Shown here in pieces: positions 13,700-25,156 of a DNA stretch of 64,000 bases. Under the pieces are notes generated by a model. It was not told the origin of the DNA and did no database searches. It saw only the letters and a program-made list of their open reading frames with translations. The DNA is taken from assembly GCF_009914755.1 (NCBI RefSeq), contig NC_060931.1; one strand, 5' to 3'. The DNA comes from the human T2T-CHM13v2.0 reference genome, Homo sapiens. Numbering within the stretch: the stretch's first letter is position 1; every line of letters starts with the position of its first letter. The translations under genes were made by a program, and so were the position numbers.

Positions 13700-15350
13700 T
13701 TATGTTGGTGTACACATCATTTTAATGTCCCTAGTTGCTTTTCTTATTTAGTCATTGATTGTATATTTTGTCAGATTTTTAAAATTACTTTCACAGTCTT
13801 CATTATCATTTAACATGCATATGCTACCTATATAATGCTATTCCTAAATTATTCTTTCCTTTTTTCTTCTCTCATTTTTTTCACTCATTTGCATTATTTC
13901 TATTTTATCACAGTACATGACACTTGTAAATGGTCTTCTACCTTCATGCCATCTTCACTTTGGTTCCATATGTAACTATATGTATTTAAACATGCTAAGC
14001 ATAATTTTTGCTGAATTTTCCCTGTCATAATTTGATTGTATAAAGCTAATTTTCTAGATTTCATAAGAAGCATTGATGATTACATACATTGAAACTGGTT
14101 TTCTATTTTTAAATTTTTTTAAATATATTAATATTTTTTGGATACAGGGTATCACTCTGTCACCCAGGCTTGAGTGAAGATGGCAAAATTTTGGCTCATT
14201 GCAGCCTTGACCTCCCAGGCTCAGGTGATCCTCCCACCTCAACTTCCTGAGTAGCTAGTACTACAGGCATGTACCACCACACCCGGCTAATTTTTGTATT
14301 TTTTGTAGAGATGGTGTTTCATCATGTTGCCCAGACAGATTTTTTTTTTTTCAATTGGTTAGATATTTGAAGGATAGCTTGGCTAGAAATAAAATGCTTA
14401 ATTCACACATTGTTTCATCTATATAGAATGCATAGTCTATTTTTGTCTTGTTTTGTATGCTGGTTTTGCAAAGTTTGATGCTAACATAATTCTTTTGTAA
14501 CGTATTTATATTTTTGTTTTAAGACCAGGAAGATTGCATCTTTATATCTGAAATCAAAAAGTTTTATTCAAAGATCATTGTTTTAGGTTGATTTTGGGTA
14601 ATCTAGAACCTTTGTCAACTTTCAGATTCTGATTAATTTTTATAGATTAGAGTGTTAAATATTAGCTCTGTTCTTTTGTTTTTCTTCTTCAGGGGCTGAT
14701 AGGATAAAATGTCATTCCTTCTTTGCGTGCTTCTTTCATTCTCTTGGTTGTTTTCCTACCTTTCTTCGATATAGCATATTAAATTTTCATTGAGTGTATA
14801 CTCCATTGGATACCTTCTAACTTATTCTTGATTTCTAATGTTATTCTTTGTTTTCTTCCATTTCATTTCTAAATTAAATAAAATATTTTCTCACTTATTC
14901 CTATTTTTTGTTCATATTTGTTTTTTGTTTGTTTTTAAGTTTCTGGTACATGGTGAGTTTTAATATCTTCAAATGCTCATTGAATATATGTAATTCTGTT
15001 TGATTAGTAGACCTACCATTTATATTCTTTATGACTGTTACTCCAAGGGATACTTTTCCTCATTTGTTTTATATGAACATTTGTTACCTGATCTTCTGCA
15101 ATACAGTTTTCTATGAGCTTTTTTTTAATTCATTTTATGATATTGAGGAGTTTTTCATGATTTGTAATTTGCTAACCTACTTTTCTGATAATTTATTAAC
15201 ATCCAGTCACTTTAGAATAGTTGTTTGGTTTGGTGATAGGAGATGAGTTGTTGATTGCTCATCCTCTGATTTTGTGGTTCTGTTTTGCCTTCCATCACAC
15301 CAAATGTTTTCTTTTGTCTTCTTGAATCTTCACCATTTATTTGACAGATG
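13700..15350 (-). mobile_element. Degenerate L1M/HAL1-like fragments interrupted by an AluJ
   Basis: T-rich with 'ttgaaggatagcttggctagaaataaaat', 'aagtttgatgctaac'. Confidence 0.5.
14133..14336 (-). mobile_element. AluJ, 5'-truncated
   Basis: 'gcagccttgacctcccaggctcaggtgatcctcccacctc', 'catgttgcccag'. Confidence 0.88.
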
Positions 15351-15413
15351 GTGATTCTTCCTTCTCTTTCCCTCTTTTTCTCATCCAGAAGCTATGTATT
15401 CAGAAGACTATTT

Positions 15414-15633
15414 TTTGTTTGTTTGTTTGTTTTTGGTTTGTTTGTTGTTTTACAGAGAAAGTAGTACTCTGTCGCCCAGGCTGGAGTGCAGTGGCACAAT
15501 CTTGGCTAACTGCAACCTCCACCTCCCAGGTTCAAGTGATTCTCCTGCCTCAGTAGAGGTGGGTTTTCACCACGTTGGCCAGGCTAGTCATGAACTCCTA
15601 ACCTCAAGTGATCTTCTTGCCTTGGCCTCCCAA
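15414..15633 (-). mobile_element. AluS with ~60-bp internal deletion and 5' truncation
   Basis: Junction 'cctgcctcag|tagagg'; TSD c(a/g)gaagactattt at 15401-15413 and 15637-15649. Confidence 0.88.
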
Positions 15634-15708
15634 TGTCGGAAGACTATTTATTTAAAATCATGCTTATTCTTCAAATTAGGCTTGGCATACTTTGTTCCTT
15701 TAAATCAA

Positions 15709-15955
15709 GTAAGTAGAAGTTCAAGAGATCTATTGTACAACATGGTGGCTCATAACAATATATTGTATTTTTGCAAAATGCTAAGAAAATAGATTTTAAG
15801 TGTTCTTGCCACAAAAAAGTGATAACAATGTAAGTTGATGCATATGCTGATTAGTTTGATTTCACCACTTTTTAATGTATATATATTTTTAAAAATCATG
15901 TAGTACTTAGTAAATATATACAATTTTATCTATCAAATAAAAAATAAAATAAAAT
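15709..15955 (+). mobile_element. L1MA (MA6-8-like) 3' end
   Basis: 'aagttcaagagatctattgtacaacatgg...tagattttaagtgttct...aaatatatacaatttt' plus A-rich tail. Confidence 0.8.
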
Positions 15956-16437
15956 ATTGTCTAAAAAGAAAGAAAAGTCACTAATTAAAAGAGACAGATT
16001 TTGTTGGGGAAAAAAAGTCAGGTAAGTAGAGTTTGACCCTTTGATTCAAGAACCTAGCCTTTTTTATGACAATTATCTCTTATACCCTACAGCCTACTTT
16101 TATATGGCTTCTGTATTTTGGTAATAAATATTCCTTCTGTATTCGTCCTAGACAATATATATTGCTTTTCAATATTTGTGTTGAATAGATTAAATAATCA
16201 AATTGTCAAATACCTTACAGAGCAAATCAAAGCTGTCATTTTACAATGTTTCTAAATCTTTCTAAATGTTTTTCCATTAAAAAAATTTGTATAATTTAGG
16301 AAAAGGAAAAGGAAAAGAAAAGAGGCTGCAGACCAAAATGGTAGCGTAGCTTTTGCCTAGAAGTGAAGTAAATTTGTCAGTAGAAATAATTTTTTAGAGT
16401 TAGGAATAAAATTGGGAATCTAGGAAGATCTAAAGAT

Positions 16438-16612
16438 AACAATTAGTGTTTATATTATGCAAGTTTTCATTTATATTAATATATTCATTATATTTCATTT
16501 ATATTATGCAAGTTTTCATTTATATCATCATTTATATTTCATTTATATTAAACAATTAGTGTTTATATTATGCAAATTTTCATTATACATATTAAGTTTT
16601 CATTTATATTAT
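16438..16612. repeat. AT-rich local duplication/minisatellite
   Basis: aacaattagtgtttatattatgcaa at 16438 and 16551; tttatattatgcaa three times. Confidence 0.8.
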
Positions 16613-18354
16613 ATTACATTAAACACTGAGTTAGCTATTTTACTTCATGCAAGTCAAAATGTAGATTTTCAAAGTGCTGGTTTTGTTTCTTACAAAAAAT
16701 TAGATGTCTAATTAATAATAGACTATGTTCCTGATAAAAGCAGATACTAAATATGACTATCCCTAGATAAGTACATAGAGATGCACAGATAGGAAGCACC
16801 ACAAGATTCTTTCATTGTTAGCATTTCAGAACAAGAAAACTAATGTACAACAAATTAAAGAAAGATGGTTCTAAATCCAGTTAGTTGACACAGAGAAGGT
16901 TGTATTTTGTCAAGTGAAATACTTTTCCTGTATATTTAGAGAAATAGATTAAAGGAAATAAAGAGCACCTGCTATGTTTTGTCTTGCTTTTCTTTCCTTT
17001 AGTTTTCTCAGAGTGTAAGAATGTTTTTAAAAGAGGCATCTGAATAATTGGTGTTAGGATCTGCTACTAGTGGATGACCCACCCAGGTTGTGGGTGCTAA
17101 AAAGAAAGACTTTTAAAAAATATAAATAAAGAACGAAGGCACAGGTCACTCCATTAACATCATTATGTACTGTAGCTGCCAGCTGCTCTGGTTAAAACTA
17201 AGACACTTTATTCCTTAAATGCATCATCCTATTTTATTAGGCAACATGGTGAGTTCTTAGAGAGACAGTATCTGCCCCCTGAGTGACTTACTCAGTGGAT
17301 CTACAGAAGAATTATGAGTGAGGACAAAGATACTCACATTTTAACTTTTAAGAATTATTGATTACTTTTTTGAATGATTAATAACTTTGTTTTTTTCTCT
17401 TTTTTTTTCACCAAATGCTTGCTTCTCCCACAAAACTCAGTAGAAAGAACCTAGTAGTGGTATGTGAAGGTCCTTAGTTTGTGTGGGTGGGTTTAGAATT
17501 TTAGAGTCATAAACCAATCTGATTTTCAGATTTTAAATGACAATAAGCACAAAAGAAAATAAAGAATTTTAAACAGAATTAATTCAAATGAGAGACTCAT
17601 AGGATCTATACTTCAAACAGATGTTGGTAATACAGACAAAAATTAACTACAATTAGCTAAGATACATAATAGAACCAATAAATCAACTAGTTCAAAGAAA
17701 ATGCAATGCAAGGCAGAGCAAAGCATAAAACTTCCCTTTGCAAGCGCTATGATTAATGTGGTTTGTGCACATGGAGTTAATTGTTTGGTATTATTAAAGG
17801 CAAACCTCGTGAATGAAGGGTTAAAATTTTAAATTATAATGAAGGAAGAATTAATTGATAATTGCTCAACTTTCTCCCGTTTTATAAAGTGAACTTTTCT
17901 TTTTCTATTTTTTACCATCTGTCTGTCTTTCTTACAAACTATAATGTGAAGTGCTGATTGAATCTTGCCATTCAGATAGAATTCTTTTTCTGTTTTGTTC
18001 TTCAAAAATGGCTAGTTTTATGCTTTTAAGTTAGAAATAAAATTACTTTCTTACCTGGAAATCCTAGTTCACCATTCAAAGAGAAAATAAGGAGAACAAC
18101 TGATGACGAAAACTAGATATTTAAAATGTATATAAATGCAAATTAAAACAGAGATATACAGACAGAGCTGCAAGCTGATTTTCATTAAAACTTTTAGGGA
18201 CATCTCACCTTTCAGTCCTCATCATCACCTAAAACTTGCCCCATGCCACAAACATTTAGCAATACAAATATCAGAAAAATTTTTAACTAAGAATGTAAAA
18301 GCATTAACCCTGAAATGAAATGCCATTAAATACTTCTTTATTCTGTAGCCTTAC

Positions 18355-18480
18355 TTGGGACTAATAATACCTGTCCTATGTCCCATAGAATAGTTGTGAG
18401 TACTGTATAAAATATTGTATATAAAAAATGCTTTGAAACTACAGTGCACTATGTTACTACAAATTGTCATTTTTATTTTT
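18355..18480 (+). mobile_element. MIR/MIR3 3' fragment
   Basis: 'taataatacctgtcc...tagttgtgag...aaatgctttgaaactacagtgcact'. Confidence 0.55.
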
Positions 18481-19199
18481 ATTTTCTAAGGTTTTTTGTA
18501 ATCTTTTATATGGTGAAACCATGGATGCTATTAATCAAAAGAGAAGGCAGGGAAGGAAAGACTCTGCATAAAATCTTTCAGAAATAACAAAGGCTCTTCG
18601 TAGTCCCTCCCATAGATTCAGTAAAGCCTAATTCTTTTAAATGTCATTCATGTCCACACATACCCACTGCCCCTGCCCCTGAATACAGGTCATCAGTAAA
18701 GTGATAGTTATGCCACTTTTGAGCTCTCTAGGTCTTTAATAGATTTTCAGATCATATTTTAAAATTTGAGATCAGAGGAAGGCCATCGTAGTTTCAATTC
18801 ACTCCACAGTCACAAGAATGTACTTGAAATGTCTCATCGAGTGTAATGATTGTTGTGACAGCAGTGACTAAAACAAAAGGTACTTTTTTAGTACTTATGT
18901 CCTTTCCAACTCAGTGAAGGACAGCTAATCTCTACAAATTGAAACTTTTTGGCACCTTTAAAAGGGAGGCCCTAAATATTTGGCAAATGATATTATCAAA
19001 GTAATAAGCACTTTTTAAAGTATTATCAGGTGTAAATATTGACTGTAAGCTATAAATTTTTGGCTTTTGTCAAAGCAAATTTACTCAATATTTCTATTTT
19101 GTTTTTAAAGACACCTTTCTGCCTCTCCTCCCATTACTCTTTGTATATATGAGATTAGGTTTTTCTAAGGTCAATTTGGGCCTGTCTCATTCCTCTGTT

Positions 19200-19290
19200 A
19201 TTACAGTGTAAGTTCGTATTAGTCATCCCTACATACTCGAATCCTAAACATTGAATTGTACATAGTTAGCATCAACAAATATTGGTTGGA
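19200..19290 (+). mobile_element. L2 3' tip
   Basis: 'acatagttagcatcaacaaatattggttgga'. Confidence 0.4.
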
Positions 19291-20449
19291 TTATATTGGA
19301 TCCAATATAATTATCATGCATATATGTGGATAACAAATGTAATATACATGTATTAGATAATTATAAACTTCAAGAATGTGAGCCTTATATATTATGCCTT
19401 TTGAGCAAAAGATGACAATATACTGATTTTCATGACTGAAAGCTGCCATGCTCAACTATTGGAACTATTTGAGATTTTAACAGTTCCCTGAAAATGACTA
19501 TCAGCAAATCCATTTCTTGCAATAACTTTCTTCTTCCATATTGCTGTTCCAGTTGCTGACAGGTGATCTATCATTTTACCTCAAAATGCTACAGTGACAC
19601 AGTGAAAATTGCTAGCTGAAGCACTAGTATAATGAAAAAAGAGAAAAGGAAAAGTGAATATATATAGTTTGTGAGTTTTCTAGTTGTAATGCCACTTCAT
19701 GCTTCTTGAAGTGCTGACGTTCAGGGAAGTATAAATTAGATTAAAAAAATTACAGTACTAAATAGTCTTTATAATGAATAAGCAGGATAACTTATCTCAC
19801 TTATTCTTAATATTATTTTAGCACATTTGACTTCTCAGTACAATAGTTTTACAAAGGTAAACACCTTACTCTTTCTGTACAGTTTAGTATTCATTCACAA
19901 AAAAACTGAAAATTATTCTTGTAATTTTCTTATTCACTATTGCTACAAAAAATCTGTCTATTCTTGATATTACTACACTTGAAATTTGCCACTAGTATTA
20001 TCATTTCATTACCTATTCATCTGAAAAATGTTCTAAATTATATCAGGACAGATTCATTAAAAAATTAGATTTATATTTAAGATACTGAAAACAGTTCAAA
20101 TAAAAACAATTCTTGTATATGTTTCAGAAATGTAGCTGGAAACTAGTTGTACCTATACTGGAATTTATCCTAAAAGAGATTCAACTGAAGAAAATAAAAT
20201 ATCAGTAAGTCAGAAAACAAAGCATAAATACAGCACAGAAAAATTGAGGGCAGATTTGGTGTCATGTGATTCTTAGCCTAAAATCTTTTTCTCGCTGTTT
20301 TAAGCTGTTTGTGTTTCAGTCTCCATCATTCTGCAATGGGGATTATATTGACATCATGTTGAGTGAGTCCCCCACAACCACTTTTCCTTTTACCTTTCCA
20401 ATAGTCTGTGTTTTCATCTTTCAGATTCTGGTGGTTATAGGAAGCTGAT

Positions 20450-20810
20450 CCTATCTTCTTTCCAAGTATGGGGCATATGAGAGAGACTTAACAAATTACT
20501 TCGTCTTATCGCCTATCCATATTTATAACCCAAACGGCCCAATCCAGAATGAGTCAGGACATGGGCTTAATATGTGGGGGCAAAAGGCACTGTCACTCTA
20601 TGTAGTTGTACTGAGGCCATTGCCACTGCTGATATTTGTTGTTCTTAGAGCCAGCCTGAGAAAGCACTGGAAAGAGTCAGAACCCAGAAATTCCCAGGGG
20701 AGGATCTAATTCTAGTGAAACCCACACTACTTCTAATCTTTTTTATTGGTTCAATTATTTGTATCAATAAATTTCCTTTATTTCAGATTATTTGAGGTGG
20801 ATTTTCATGG
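20450..20810 (+). mobile_element. Old MLT1 (MLT1K-like) LTR fragment
   Basis: 'acccaaacggcccaatc', 'gagccagcctgagaa', 'tcaataaatttcctt...gaggtggattttc'. Confidence 0.5.
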
Positions 20811-20811
20811 A

Positions 20812-21221
20812 CAGCTTGTCCCCAGCTTACAATGATTTGACCTAACAATTTCTCCACTTTATGATGTTGCAAAAGTGATACACATTCAGCAGGAACTGTA
20901 CTTAATTTTGGATTTTGATATTTTCTCATGCTAGCAATATGCTGTTCTGTACTCTCACAATGCTGGGCAGGTACAGCGAGCTGCAGCCTCCAGTCAGCTA
21001 TGCAATCCCAAGGGTAAAAAACCCATACTCTACAGCATATTGTGCTTATTGTATTGCCAGATGATTTTGCCAAACTGTGGGCTAGTGTAAGTGTTCTCAT
21101 CATGTTTAAGTAAGGTAGGCTAGGCCAAGCTATGATGTTTGGTAGGTTAGGTGTATTAAATGCATTTTCAATTTACAATGGATTTATCAGGACATAGCTT
21201 ATGTAAATGGATGATCATTTG
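20812..21221 (-). mobile_element. MER47B-like (Tigger5-derived) DNA transposon
   Basis: 'gctatgatgtttggtaggttaggtgtattaaatgcattttc', 'gagctgcagcctccagtcagc'; degenerate CAG...(T)TG termini. Confidence 0.8.
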
Positions 21222-21291
21222 TGTTTTTAACATACCCCCAATTTGGGGAAAATAATTCCTCCAGTCTATTGGTTATAAGGTTTAGCAATAA

Positions 21292-21625
21292 AGGTTGACA
21301 ATGTATCTCTAAAATGTCTGAGGGCAAATGTGCTTTAAATTCAGAATTTTTCATTTATAAACAGAAGATGCAATGCATATACTACATAATTGAAGGCAAC
21401 ACTGCCAGAAAGATCTGTTTCAGTAACCAGTAATTCAACTCATTAATATTTCCGCTGCAAGATGTGTGAACACTCACAATTAGAAGGATTTTTTATTTTT
21501 TAAAGGAACTACAAATAGCCCATTTGTAGATTGTCCATATCAGGCTTTACTAAAAACTAAAATTTGAAGAGAAAACTGGATGCAGAGCTCTTTGGATTTT
21601 AGATTTTCAGTTAAGGGTATGCATA
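21292..21625 (+). mobile_element. MER46C-like (Tigger4/Zombi-related) DNA transposon
   Basis: 'ttcagaattttt...cattaatatttccgctgca...cagagctctttggattttagattttcagttaaggg'. Confidence 0.65.
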
Positions 21626-24600
21626 CATTTTCTTTCTTTTTATACTATATATGTAAAAATATACATTGTGTGTGTACAGGTGTGCAAATTTTATGTCATA
21701 ATATAGGTTCTTATTTACCTTATAAAATTTTGTTACATTAATTACTGGTGTCACAGAGTGCTTTTTTATGAGATAGAGTTTATAGTCAAATTATATTATC
21801 ATCATAATCATCATAATCAACATCATTCAAAGGATTAATTTTATTATCGCTTATTCTGCCATGTTTCTCAAATGTAGTTAGACTGAATTAAGAATAATTT
21901 TTCTGAAATGTAAATAAATGCATTTTTCATGAAATACATTTTAAATATTATTTTAATTATTAAAATAATATATTTGTGGGTTATATGCTTTATTATTTTA
22001 CTATTTATAATAAAATATTATGGGTATATAATAGGTGTATATATTCATGGGGTACATGTGATGTTCTGATACAGTCATGCAATATATAATAATCATAGCA
22101 GGGTAATTGTTGTATCCATTACCTCAAACATTTATCCTTTCTTTGTGTCAGAAAGATTCCAATTCCACTCTTTTAGTGAAAGTATAGAATACTATTGTTG
22201 ACTGTAGTAAGCCTGTTGTGCTATCATATACTGTGTCTTATTTGTTCTACCTAATTATATTTATATAATCATTAACCATCCCTACTTTTTCCACCCCCCA
22301 CCCCACCACACACACACACACCCCACAGCTACACTTCCCAGCTTCTGGTAACCATATTCTGCTCTCTATTTTGATGAGTTCAATTGTTTTCATTTTTAGC
22401 TCACACATATGAGAACATGCAAAATTTGTCTTTCTGTGCCTTGCTTATTTCACTTCACATAATGTCCTCCAGTTCCATCCATGTTGTTGCAAATGTCAGA
22501 ATTTCATTTTTTATGGCTGAATATTTCATGATGTATATGTACCACATTTTCTTCATCCATTTGTCTGTTGTAGGACACAGGTTGATTCCAAATTTTGGCT
22601 ATTTTGAATAGTGTTTCAGTAAACATGGGAGGGCAGATATCACTTTGATATACTGATTTCCTTTCTTTTCAGTGTTTGCCTAGCAGTGGGATTGCTGCAT
22701 CATATGGTAATTCTATTTTCAGTTTCTTGAATAAGCTCCATACTGTTCTTCATAGGGAATGTACTAATTTACATTCTCACCAATGGCCATTTTTATTTTT
22801 TCTTTTAAGAAACGTCTATTTTAGATTTTGTTTTTTTTAGAAGTTTCATAGTTTGAGGTTTTAGATTTAAATCTTTAATCCATTTTGATTTAATTTTTGT
22901 ATGTGGTGAAAGATGGTCTAGTTTCATTATTCTGCATATAGATACTAACTTTTTCCAGCACCATTTATTGAAAAGACTGCCCTTTCCCTAATGTATGTTT
23001 TTGACACCTTTGTCAAAAATCAGTTGGTTATAAATGTATAAATTTATTTCTGGGTTGTCTATTCTGTTCTATTTGTTTATATGTCTGTTTTTATGCCAGT
23101 ACCATACTCTTTTGATTACTATAGCTCTGTAGTATAATTTGAAGTGAGGTAATGTAATTCATCCAGTATTTTTTATTTCTGGAGAGCTTAGGATATTTTC
23201 AACTATTCTGGGTTTGTTGTGGTTCCATATAAATTTTAAGATTATTTTGTATATTTTTGTGAAGAATGTCATAGGTATTTTTATAGGAATTGTATTGAAT
23301 CTACGGTTTGCTTTGGGTAGTATGGATATTTTATAAATATTAATTCTTTCAATCCATGAACATGGAATATCTTTTCATTTTTCCTGCATTCTCTTCAATT
23401 TCCTGCATCCATGTTTTTGAGCTTTTATTATAGAGATCTTTCACTTTTTTATTAAGGTTATTCCTAGGCTTTTAATTTGTAAGTGTTCCAAATGGGATTA
23501 CTTCCTTGATTTCTTTCACTTTTGGTATATAGAAATGCTACTGATTTTCGTAAGTTGATTTTGTATCCTGTAACTTTACTAAATTTATCAGTTCTAACAG
23601 ATTTTTGGATGCAGCTTTAGGTTTTTCTAAACATAAGGTCATGTTGTCTCCATCTAGGACTTCCAGTGCTATGTTGAATAACAATGGATTAAAGTGAGCA
23701 TCCTTGTCTTGTTTCCACATATTAAAAGAAAGCCTAAGAGTTTTTCCCTGTTCAGTGTGATACTTTCTGTGTGTCTATTGTGCATGGCTTTGATTGTGTT
23801 GAGGTATGTTCTTTCTATATCCAGTTGTTTTTAGAGTTTTTATCATGAAGGGATGTTGAATTTTATCGAATCCCATTTCAGCAACAGTTAAAATTATCAT
23901 TTAGTTTTTGTTTTTCTTTCTATTGATATGATGTATTACACTGATTTGCATATGTTGAACTATCTTTCCATCTCTGCATGCATTCAACTCAATCAAAATG
24001 AATCATCTTTTTATGTGTTGTTGAATTTTGTTTGCTAGTAATTATTGATAAGTTTTCCATCAACGTTCATTACAGATATCAGTCTAGTTTTCTTTTTTGG
24101 TTGTGTCTTTCCTTTCGGTATCATGGTAATACTGGACTCATATAATTAGTTTAAAAGTATTCTCTCTTACCTCAGTTTTCAGAATAGTTTGAGTAGAATT
24201 GGTATAGTTTTTCTTTAAATGTGCGGTAGAATTCCGCAGTGAAGCCATTATGAAGCCATCAGGTCCTGGGCTTTTCTTTGCTGGGAGACTTTTGTTAAAG
24301 CTTGTATCTTGTTACCTATTATTGGTCTTTTCGGGTTTTGTATTTCCTTATAGTTCAATAGGTTGCATGTGCCTAGGAATTTATCCATTTCTTCTAGGTT
24401 TTCCAATTTATTGGCACGTAATTGCTCATAGTAGTCTCAAATGATTCTTCAAATTTCTGCAGTATCACTTGTACTGTCTCCTTTTTCATCTCTAATTTTA
24501 TTCATTTAGGTCTTCTCTCTTTTTCTCTTAGTTCTGGCTAAAGATTTGTTAATTTTGTTTAACTTTTCAAAAACCAACTTGTTTTTCATTGATCTTTTGT

Positions 24601-24937
24601 ATTTTTTGTTTGAATTTTGGTCATTTCTGCTCTGATCTTTAGTATTTCTTTTTACTATGAATTTTGGGTTTGGTATTCTCTTATATTTCTATTTCTTTAA
24701 GATATATGGTTAGTTTACTTATTTGAAGTTGTTATTCTTTTTTGATGTAGGCTTAGTGCTATAGCCTTCTCTCTTAGTAATAGTTTTGCTGTATTCTATA
24801 GGTATGCTTTGTTTTCATTTAAATTTGTTTTAATGTAATTATTAACTTCATGGACCACTGGTCATTAAGAAACAGATTGTTTCATTTCCATGTGTTTGCA
24901 CAGTTTCTAAAGTTTCTCTTATTCCTAATTTCTAGTT

Positions 24938-25156
24938 TTTTTTGTTGTTGTTGTTTTTTTTTTGGAGTCTCACTCTGTCTCCTAGGCTAGAGTGTGCAAT
25001 CTCGGCTCACTGCAAGCTCCGTCTCCCAGGTTCACACCATTCTCTTGCCTCATACTCCCGAGTAGCTGGGACTACAGGCATCTGCCACCATGCCTGGCTC
25101 ATTTTTTGTATTTTTAGTAGAGACGGGGTTTCACTGTGTTAGCCAGGATGGTCTCA
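24938..25156 (-). mobile_element. AluY, 5'-truncated, inserted in L1
   Basis: AluY diagnostics; perfect 14-bp TSD cctaatttctagtt at 24924-24937 and 25157-25170. Confidence 0.93.

Noticed and set aside
17272-17285. CTCF-like motif (reverse complement CACTCAGGGGGCAG)
   Set aside because: The 5' half mismatches the CCASYAG core; too weak without data.
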